A DNA stretch of 5,095 bases from the IMG/VR virus record IMGVR_UViG_2537562194_000019. One strand, given 5' to 3'. Position 1 is the first letter of the stretch. The number at the start of each line of letters is the position of its first letter. This document shows, one piece after another, positions 1-5,075 of the stretch. The stretch is from a virus. Taxonomy: Duplodnaviria > Heunggongvirae > Uroviricota > Caudoviricetes. The translations under genes were made by a program, and so were the position numbers. The notes beneath the pieces were generated by a model. It worked only from the letters and a program-made list of their open reading frames with translations. It searched no databases and was not told the DNA's origin.

Positions 1-10
1 ATTTACCACA

Positions 11-37
11 AATAAAAAAGCCTTCAGGACTGAAGGC
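11..37 (-). terminator. Rho-independent terminator downstream of the small moron gene
   Basis: Perfect inverted repeat GCCTTCAG (20-27) / CTGAAGGC (30-37); on the minus strand it is followed by a T-run (complement of the A-run at 11-19). The stop codon of the 24..221 ORF lies inside the stem. Confidence 0.6.
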
Positions 38-221
38 GTCTGTAACAACCAAACTGATAGTCTGCCAGACCCGCCATAACCAGCTGGGTCAGTATTAACT
101 GGCAGCGTTCGCGTGAAAGGTAAGTATTCTGCGCAATCTCCCCGACTGTCGCCGGGTCGGTAACGCTTAATTCATTAAACACCACTCTGGCGGTTTCTGT
201 CATATCCTGCTGTTTCAGCAT
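24..221 (-). CDS. Small (65 aa) putative winged-helix/HTH DNA-binding protein; moron between Q and the late region
   Basis: ORF in the track (24..257) begins with TTG; I place the start at the in-frame ATG 221..219 (MLKQQDMTETARVV...), preceded by a purine-rich stretch (GGGAAAAAGAC). Codon usage is E. coli-like (ctg, cag, gcg, ccg) and first codon positions are purine-rich. The segment TVGEIAQNTYLSRERCQLILTQLVMAGLA looks like a helix-turn-helix. Family assignment is not supported beyond that. Confidence 0.5.
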   Translation of the reverse strand: MLKQQDMTETARVVFNELSVTDPATVGEIAQNTYLSRERCQLILTQLVMAGLADYQFGCYRRLQS

Positions 222-343
222 GTCTTTTTCCCTTTTCCGGTTAACGTGACACACCAATAACTCTTGTCAAAAAAGCCAGCAAGCTGAAAGACCGGTATTC
301 ACCGCCACCAGCGCGTTTACTGTACTGACGCGATTTCAGTCAT

Positions 344-365
344 AAAAAACCCGCCAGGCGGCGGG
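344..365 (-). terminator. Promoter-proximal intrinsic terminator downstream of pR' (tR'-like)
   Basis: All-GC 6-bp stem CCCGCC (350-355) / GGCGGG (360-365) with a 4-nt loop; on the minus strand it is followed by TTTTTT (complement of A344-349). It lies about 45-65 nt downstream of the predicted pR' start. Confidence 0.6.
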
Positions 366-402
366 GTGTAAAAAATCTTCTAACGTCAGGCATAAAACGC
401 CC

Positions 403-442
403 ATCGTTAGGGCAAATTTACCACAGATTCGGGAAAAATCAA
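403..442 (-). promoter_or_regulatory. Q-dependent late promoter pR' with -10-like pause-inducing element
   Basis: Minus-strand read: -35 TTGATT (442..437), 16-bp spacer, extended -10 TGgTAAATT (420..415), then TGCCCT and AACGATGGG (408..400). From memory, this closely parallels lambda pR' (TAAATT -10 followed 6 nt later by the AACGAT sigma70 pause element). It starts 6 bp after the Q stop codon. Confidence 0.6.
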
Positions 443-447
443 CAAAG

Positions 448-1269
448 CTATCTGGTCACCTTTTTCAGTTGTTGTTCTGCCCATGCTTCTTCAATATCAA
501 ACTGCACCACCAGCGTATCGTAAAAACGTTTAACTGTTTTTTTCCATGTATCAAGAGATATGGCATCGGTTACATTACATATGGCATTAAATGCCTCCGT
601 TGAAGGTAATCTTTCATAGCCACGCCCACCACAACGCTGACAGTTTCTGAAAACCGGCACACCCTGTTTTTCCGACTCTTCACGATGAATGGCAACACCG
701 CGCCCACGACAATCTTTACAGGCAGTGGATACCTCTCCCTTCCCTCCACACTCCGGACAGGCAACTTTTACCACCTCCCTGACTTTTTTCCATTCCTCCC
801 AGTAAGACGGATACACGCCTTTTGTGCACTTTGCCCACACTGGCGGCTTACCATCCGGATACTGGATCTTGTTTGTAAAAACCTCGCTTTCAATAAATTT
901 TTTTCCGTGACAGCAGGGGCACTGTTTTTTGCTCGCCGCGCTACGGGCATAATCTTCAAACGCATACGAAGCCATAATACGCATCACTGCCGGTTTTATT
1001 TCTGCCGGGAGTTTTCTTAACGCCGCCACGCGATCACACCGACTGAGTGCATATTCTGTCAGCAATTCTGTTGCCCGCTCTCTGTCATTCATACTAATGC
1101 CCATTTTCCCAAGGAACGCAGAAAACCCCATCTCAGCCCGATTCTGTGTCATGCCCTGCGCGGCCATCACATCAGTGATACTCAGCGCATCTTTTGACGT
1201 TGAGGCCGATGCATCGGTCAGGCCAGGGGATTTTGGGGAGTAGTATTTCGGTAAATCTTCCAGTTTCAT
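448..1269 (-). CDS. Q: Late-gene antitermination protein Q (lambda Q family) with expanded zinc-finger region
   Basis: 273-aa ORF. The N-terminus (YYSPKSP, DVMAAQGMTQNRAEMGFSAFLGK) and C-terminus (YDTLVVQ...KKVTR) match my recollection of lambda Q (FHSPKSP, DVMAAMGMAQSQAGFGMAAFCGK, YDALVVQ...NAVTR). It carries four CxxC motifs of DnaJ-like form CxxCxGxG (C117/C120, C171/C174, C184/C187, C210/C213). Its ATG overlaps the rusA stop (ATGA at 1266-1269) and pR' lies immediately downstream. Confidence 0.85.
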   Translation of the reverse strand: MKLEDLPKYYSPKSPGLTDASASTSKDALSITDVMAAQGMTQNRAEMGFSAFLGKMGISMNDRERATELLTEYALSRCDRVAALRKLPAEIKPAVMRIMASYAFEDYARSAASKKQCPCCHGKKFIESEVFTNKIQYPDGKPPVWAKCTKGVYPSYWEEWKKVREVVKVACPECGGKGEVSTACKDCRGRGVAIHREESEKQGVPVFRNCQRCGGRGYERLPSTEAFNAICNVTDAISLDTWKKTVKRFYDTLVVQFDIEEAWAEQQLKKVTR

Positions 1270-1640
1270 TTTTTAACCTGCCCTTCAAGCATTATGGGGT
1301 AAATCTTCACCCCCAGACGTCCACCAGATACTGGCTTTCCACGTACAATATTGATTTCATCAAACTGCTCATCGTCCATTAACAACCCCGCGTGCGTCAG
1401 CGCATCCAGCGGTGCTTTCAGAATATTGTCCAGGTCACGGCGGCGCTTATCCGGTGGTTCTGCAATAATTTTTATTGCCAGCCGTCCGGACAGGCTTAAT
1501 TTCAGCCGCTGCTGGCGAACAATAAGCGCCACTGCCCGGCGATAACGCTCCCCGGCTTTTGATACAAAATATGTGCTGCCACGGCGTCGCCAGTAAGTGT
1601 TCACCGTCGGCGGGTAAGGTAAAACCAAATCTATGAGCAT
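1266..1640 (-). CDS. rusA: Holliday junction resolvase RusA (crossover junction endodeoxyribonuclease)
   Basis: 124-aa ORF with RusA-like motifs: LPYPPTVNTYWRRRG, PDKRRRDLDNILKAPLDALTHAGLLMDDEQ, SGGRL. SD GAGGTGA lies 3 nt before the ATG at 1640; the stop overlaps the Q start. Confidence 0.9.
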   Translation of the reverse strand: MLIDLVLPYPPTVNTYWRRRGSTYFVSKAGERYRRAVALIVRQQRLKLSLSGRLAIKIIAEPPDKRRRDLDNILKAPLDALTHAGLLMDDEQFDEINIVRGKPVSGGRLGVKIYPIMLEGQVKK

Positions 1641-1652
1641 CAGTCACCTCTT

Positions 1653-2702
1653 TTACCCGAGCACGCCAGTCGCAAAGGCGTGATCAAGAAAACGAAAAAT
1701 TAACTCAACCTGAGAGCCGTACTTTTTCTCAAACTTCAGCGGGTCTGCATGAAGTTCGTTGTGGTGCTCCCGGCACAACGGTAGCGTGAAAATATCGTGG
1801 GCCTTTGTTCCCACTCCCCCCTGACCATGACCAATCAGGTGATGCGGATCGTCAGCTGGCTTACCACAACACGCACACGGCTGTGTCTTTACCCAGCGCG
1901 TGTATTTCTCATTAACCCAACGGCGACGTTTAGGCCGCCTCATGAACGATTCAGGAGACTCCGGATCAACGGCGATACTGACAACCGTTTTTTTCTGTGG
2001 TGGATTTTGTTGCTGGTGGACGTGAAGTGGCAGCGCAATATTTTTTGTGCGCTGCTTCAGTATGCTGATGGCTGTCTGTTCTCCCGGTACGATGTCACTC
2101 TCACGGTATACGGAGCGGATTTTTTCCGCCGGTAATCCCAGCGAACGACGCGCTACTGCCTCAGGTAGTGCATCCACCACCTGATTGCAGGCCGCCCACC
2201 AGGATAATTCGGCCAGCGATAACTCCCTCTCCTGCGTACCGCTTATTGCGTGACGGATGACATCAATCATCCAGGCAACCAGATTCTGCTGAGCAAGTTG
2301 ATCGAGTGATTCTGATGTCTGGTCGCGCAGCTGGTTGTCGCAGTGCCAGCACAACACCATCGCGCCGGTACCGTAACGGTGAATGACCGTTTCGCTGTGA
2401 TGATAATCGCCGTGTGGCCACTGGCAGGATTTCACGTGACGTAATAACCAGTCAGACAGTGCACCAGCACCACCAGCAGCACGAATAACCCGCTCATCGC
2501 TGAAAAATGGCAGTAATGTTTTATCCTCTGCCAGCGGCTGGCGAACGGCGGGAACGACTCCGGACGGCAGACCGCGCATGTTTTTCGGTTCCGGCTCCAC
2601 CAATATTCTGCCGTTATGGAATGCTGACATTGATTCACGGCCCGGCTTAAGGACCACCATCCCGAGTTCCGGCACCAGAACAGGTCGAAGTAATACCCGC
2701 AC
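1653..2702 (-). CDS. DUF968 family prophage protein (YdfU-like) with C-terminal HNH-type motif
   Basis: 349-aa ORF starting at GTG 2702..2700, preceded by SD GGAGG with 4-nt spacing. The C-terminus has Cys/His-rich HNH-like motifs (CACCGKPADDPHHLIGHGQGG...CREHHNELH). The order DUF968 - rusA - Q is typical of lambdoid nin regions. The match to E. coli Qin YdfU is from memory, not alignment. Confidence 0.8.
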   Translation of the reverse strand: MRVLLRPVLVPELGMVVLKPGRESMSAFHNGRILVEPEPKNMRGLPSGVVPAVRQPLAEDKTLLPFFSDERVIRAAGGAGALSDWLLRHVKSCQWPHGDYHHSETVIHRYGTGAMVLCWHCDNQLRDQTSESLDQLAQQNLVAWMIDVIRHAISGTQERELSLAELSWWAACNQVVDALPEAVARRSLGLPAEKIRSVYRESDIVPGEQTAISILKQRTKNIALPLHVHQQQNPPQKKTVVSIAVDPESPESFMRRPKRRRWVNEKYTRWVKTQPCACCGKPADDPHHLIGHGQGGVGTKAHDIFTLPLCREHHNELHADPLKFEKKYGSQVELIFRFLDHAFATGVLG

Positions 2703-3054
2703 GTTACCTCCAGATGCGCTGCTGGAATGTGCGGGACGGACGCGGTGGGCATTCGGAATAAGGGAGCCTGACAGAGATTATCCAGTGACGACGATAGAAA
2801 CTGAGATCTTTCTGAAACTCGTAACCACGTCTGCGGTAGCACTGGATCAGCCATTCGGCCTGTTCTTCAGTGCATGGGTCATGCTGGAACCAGTCAGATT
2901 TGAATGCATGAGAACGCCGCCCATGCCTGCTGGCAGGGGCGGCGGAGTTATCCGAATTGTAAAATCTGGTATCGTGCGCCATCGGTTGTCTCTGCTGGCG
3001 CAGCAGGTGCCAGTTGTTCAGGCTGGCGTGCGGCAATATTGTATCTGATTTCTG

Positions 3055-3082
3055 TTGTCGTCAACAGGCAGTGTGCTATCAT
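3055..3082 (+). promoter_or_regulatory. Candidate sigma70 promoter and operator region of the parDE operon
   Basis: -35 TTGTCG (3055-3060), 16-bp spacer, extended -10 TGcTATCAT (3074-3082), about 35 nt upstream of the parD ATG. Short repeats CTATC (3076-3080 and 3094-3098) and CTAT/ATAG (3076-3089) could be an operator for the ribbon-helix-helix antitoxin. Confidence 0.4.
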
Positions 3083-3117
3083 CGAATAGTGTTCTATCCT
3101 ACTCCGGGAGGTTTACC

Positions 3118-3375
3118 ATGCGTACAACCCAACAATTCAGCATTACATTAACTAACGAGATGGCTGACATGGTGCGCGCCCGTGTGGCTTCCGGTGCCTA
3201 TGCTTCAGAAAGTGAGGTCATTCGTGAAGGGCTTCGCGCACTGAATGAGCGCGATAAAGCAATCGAAGCGTGGTTAACGCATTCAGCCGCCCCATCTCTC
3301 GATTCTATCCGCGAAAACCCAAACAACGGACGCTCCATTTCACAGGTTCGCGCCGCGATTCGAGCCGGGAAGTAA
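3118..3375 (+). CDS. parD: ParD-family antitoxin (ribbon-helix-helix, CopG/Arc-like), 85 aa
   Basis: ATG at 3118 is preceded by SD GGGAGG (3106-3111). N-terminal beta-strand FSITLTNEM followed by SGAYASESEVIREGLRALNERDKAIEAWL is typical of ParD antitoxins. The stop lies 5 nt before the toxin ATG. The upstream extension in the track (3055) begins with TTG and has no SD. Confidence 0.8.
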   Translation: MRTTQQFSITLTNEMADMVRARVASGAYASESEVIREGLRALNERDKAIEAWLTHSAAPSLDSIRENPNNGRSISQVRAAIRAGK

Positions 3376-3380
3376 TCTGC

Positions 3381-3680
3381 ATGACATATGAAGTCATCAT
3401 TACTCCTGAGGCCGAACAGCAGATAATCAACCTGCACAGATATATAACGGAGAAAGCAGGGAGCGTCATTGCTGACAATTATGCCAATGCACTTCTTGAT
3501 TATCTTGATGGGTTTTCCACATTCCCGCATCGGGGCAATAAACGCGATGATATTCGACAGGGAATGCGGGTAACTCACTTCCGCCACAGAACGATTATTG
3601 CTTTTGCCGTTGATGGCAATAAAGTCTTTATCGCAGGTATTTATCATGGCGGACAAAGTTATGAAACCGATTTCTTATAA
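3381..3680 (+). CDS. parE: ParE/RelE-superfamily toxin, 99 aa
   Basis: Starts at the internal ATG 3381 of track ORF 3270..3680 (MTYEVIITPEAEQQIINLHRYI...). Size, position directly after the RHH antitoxin, and ParE-like signature (conserved basic and His residues, C-terminal IIAFAVDGNKVFIAGIYHGGQ) support the call. Confidence 0.8.
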   Translation: MTYEVIITPEAEQQIINLHRYITEKAGSVIADNYANALLDYLDGFSTFPHRGNKRDDIRQGMRVTHFRHRTIIAFAVDGNKVFIAGIYHGGQSYETDFL

Positions 3681-3763
3681 ACTTTTCCCCACATAATTCC
3701 AGTATTAGAATAAACCGTCCGCCCCCTCTCTTACTGGCGGATTCGTAGGCTATATAAATCAAA

Positions 3764-3798
3764 GATCCCCGACTCATGTGTGTGTCGGGATCTTTTTT
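3764..3798. terminator. Bidirectional intrinsic terminator between convergent parE (+) and the DUF551 operon (-)
   Basis: Hairpin GATCCCCGAC (3764-3773) / GTCGGGATC (3784-3792), 9 bp with one bulge and a 10-nt loop, followed on the + strand by TTTTTT (3793-3798). On the minus strand it is followed by TTTGATTT. Confidence 0.65.
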
Positions 3799-3805
3799 CA
3801 GCAAA

Positions 3806-3889
3806 TTATCCCCAGCGGCAAATCGAATACACAACCAGCGCCACCGCCATTGCAATACCAACATTTGAGAAGGCTTCAGGCCAGCTCAT
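3806..3889 (-). CDS. Candidate 27-aa small hydrophobic (membrane) peptide, translationally coupled to the DUF551 gene
   Basis: Not in the supplied track (below its size cutoff). ATG 3889..3887 overlaps the DUF551 stop (ATGA) and is preceded by a consensus SD AAGGAGGTG 5 nt upstream. Translation: MSWPEAFSNVGIAMAVALVVYSICRWG, ending at TAA 3808..3806, 8 nt before the terminator. Confidence 0.4.
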   Translation of the reverse strand: MSWPEAFSNVGIAMAVALVVYSICRWG

Positions 3890-4239
3890 TGGCGCACCTC
3901 CTTCGGCGGTTCTGGTAGCGGCATCCAGTGTGTGGCTTCACACACGATGGGCGCACCGAAACACTGCGCATACTGGAAGTCACCCGTATTATCCAGGTTA
4001 AAACCTGTAAACTGTTCACCCGTGCTGGACACAAACAGTTGTACATCAACACCAACTGGCGGCATTCGCTCACTACAGCTTATCCAACCATCCGGAGTTA
4101 CCGGAGAATTGCCAGCCTTGCGCATGGCAATCTCCATGATTTCAACCATATCTCCTGGTGGAATTTTACAATGCTGACCAATATGCCTCTGCTGCCTGGC
4201 ATATTCGAGGATGTGCTCCAGCTTGATACGATTAATCAT
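3886..4239 (-). CDS. DUF551 domain phage protein
   Basis: 117-aa ORF with the characteristic C-terminal DUF551 motifs (GWISCSERMPP...THWMPLPEPP). SD GGGAGA lies 6 nt upstream; the ATG overlaps the stop of the preceding ORF (ATGA at 4236-4239). Confidence 0.75.
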   Translation of the reverse strand: MINRIKLEHILEYARQQRHIGQHCKIPPGDMVEIMEIAMRKAGNSPVTPDGWISCSERMPPVGVDVQLFVSSTGEQFTGFNLDNTGDFQYAQCFGAPIVCEATHWMPLPEPPKEVRQ

Positions 4240-4607
4240 GATTTATCTCCCTGAAGCATGGCTTCGCGGCAGTCGTTCCAGCCTTCAGCATAATCACTAT
4301 ACGCAAGAGGCCAACCGTTTCTGTATTCACGCGGCAACTTATCAGGCACTACCAGCGCTGGCGGCGCGGAGAATAGTGGTTTAGGTGATATTTCCGCACG
4401 TTTTGCGTATGCTTCAACTGTGTCAGGGTTAAACAGGATTATGTTTTCACCGCATTCCCACGCTATCGGTTCTGCTTCCAGCGATGCCAGTGCAATTTTG
4501 AATAGCTCACCCTCTACCCTGGCCATCTCTGAATTAGGGTAACAGTTCGCAACCGCTATTTTTAATTTGGCTTCCTTGATTAATTGCTCTTTGGTTAATT
4601 CAGTCAT
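4236..4607 (-). CDS. Hypothetical prophage protein (123 aa)
   Basis: Long ORF co-directional with and coupled to the DUF551 gene. Start ATG 4607 with GGTGG about 9 nt upstream. No family recognised by eye. Confidence 0.65.
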   Translation of the reverse strand: MTELTKEQLIKEAKLKIAVANCYPNSEMARVEGELFKIALASLEAEPIAWECGENIILFNPDTVEAYAKRAEISPKPLFSAPPALVVPDKLPREYRNGWPLAYSDYAEGWNDCREAMLQGDKS

Positions 4608-4711
4608 TTTTCATTACCACCCTTTCAGGCGGTCTCCTTATGTTCTGAGGGTGCAGGAATCCCTCCGGTTAAGGATTAAATTTTTAACAGTGCTGAATTT
4701 AATTATTCAGT

Positions 4712-5059
4712 TCAGGATTTTGACGCCCTGCGTATCCGCGCTTTCGCGTTACGCTCAATCTGAATTAACTTTTCTATATTTTTTCGCCTTTCCTGTTCCT
4801 CCTGGCGCAATAGCTTTACATCATCTGCCAGTCTGGTTTCTCTTTTCGCCACAGAGAGCATCCAGTCAAACGGCTCCACAACTGAACCGCAGATTTTACA
4901 GCGGACCTGACGCTCTTTTTCGTCAACCCGGACAGAGGCGTGATGGCAGTATGGTCTTTCCGATGGCTCATAAAGAAAATTAACCTGATTACGTGGGTCA
5001 TCCTCTTTTACCGGAAATAAAACAATATTACTTAACTCATCTTCTGGTTTTATTTCCAT
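4712..5059 (-). CDS. Hypothetical prophage protein (115 aa) with putative Cys/His metal-binding motif and basic coiled-coil C-terminus
   Basis: Start placed at ATG 5059..5057 (MEIKPEDE...), which has a strong SD AAGGAGAGGAG directly upstream. The track's longer version (start 5092) would begin inside the loxP-like sequence. Motif YCHH...x15...CKIC; the C-terminus LLRQEEQERRKNIEKLIQIERNAKARIRRA is charged and helical. Confidence 0.6.
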   Translation of the reverse strand: MEIKPEDELSNIVLFPVKEDDPRNQVNFLYEPSERPYCHHASVRVDEKERQVRCKICGSVVEPFDWMLSVAKRETRLADDVKLLRQEEQERRKNIEKLIQIERNAKARIRRASKS

Positions 5060-5075
5060 GCTCCTCTCCTTCGTA

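Noticed and set aside
242-270. Independent sigma70 promoter for the small moron gene, based on TTGACA at 270..265
   Set aside because: No acceptable -10 hexamer lies 16-18 bp downstream (ACGTTA, CACGTT, CGTTAA). The gene is more simply explained as transcribed from pR' by Q-mediated readthrough.
380-410. 22-codon minus-strand ORF in the pR' leader (MGVLCLTLEDFLHPAAWRVFYD)
   Set aside because: No SD; it overlaps the pause element and terminator hairpin. It is most likely leader RNA, not coding.
685-1020. Track ORFs within the Q gene: 111 aa on the + strand (685..1020) and 64 aa / 65 aa in other minus frames (570..764, 768..965)
   Set aside because: They lie entirely inside the well-supported Q coding region on the opposite strand or in other frames, with no SD and low-complexity translations. 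These are shadow ORFs.
1194-1647. Track ORFs 1194..1382 (+), 1351..1545 (+) and 1447..1647 (-) overlapping rusA
   Set aside because: They are antisense or out of frame relative to RusA, which has clear family motifs; none has a plausible RBS.
1797-2854. Track ORFs 1797..2135 (+) and 2432..2854 (-) overlapping the DUF968 gene
   Set aside because: They are antisense or alternative-frame shadows of the DUF968 coding sequence; the translations are Arg/Leu/Trp-rich and look non-protein-like.
3055-3380. Track's N-terminal extensions of parD (start 3055) and parE (start 3270)
   Set aside because: The 3055 start is TTG without an SD, whereas ATG 3118 has GGGAGG at ideal spacing. The 3270 start would overlap most of parD; ATG 3381 gives a protein of typical ParE length.
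3198-3656. 152-aa minus-strand ORF antisense to parD and parE
   Set aside because: It spans both genes of a well-supported operon on the other strand and has no RBS; shadow ORF.
3628-4254. Track ORFs 3628..3864 (-), 3780..4001 (+), 3876..4073 (-), 3928..4254 (+) and 3932..4177 (+)
   Set aside because: They overlap the DUF551 gene or the terminator region in other frames or antisense, with alternative start codons and no RBS. The only small ORF here with real translation signals is the 27-codon ORF 3806..3889, reported separately.
4567-5001. Track ORFs 4567..4983 (+) and 4816..5001 (-)
   Set aside because: They are antisense or alternative-frame to the 4712..5059 gene and cross an intergenic spacer; no translation signals.
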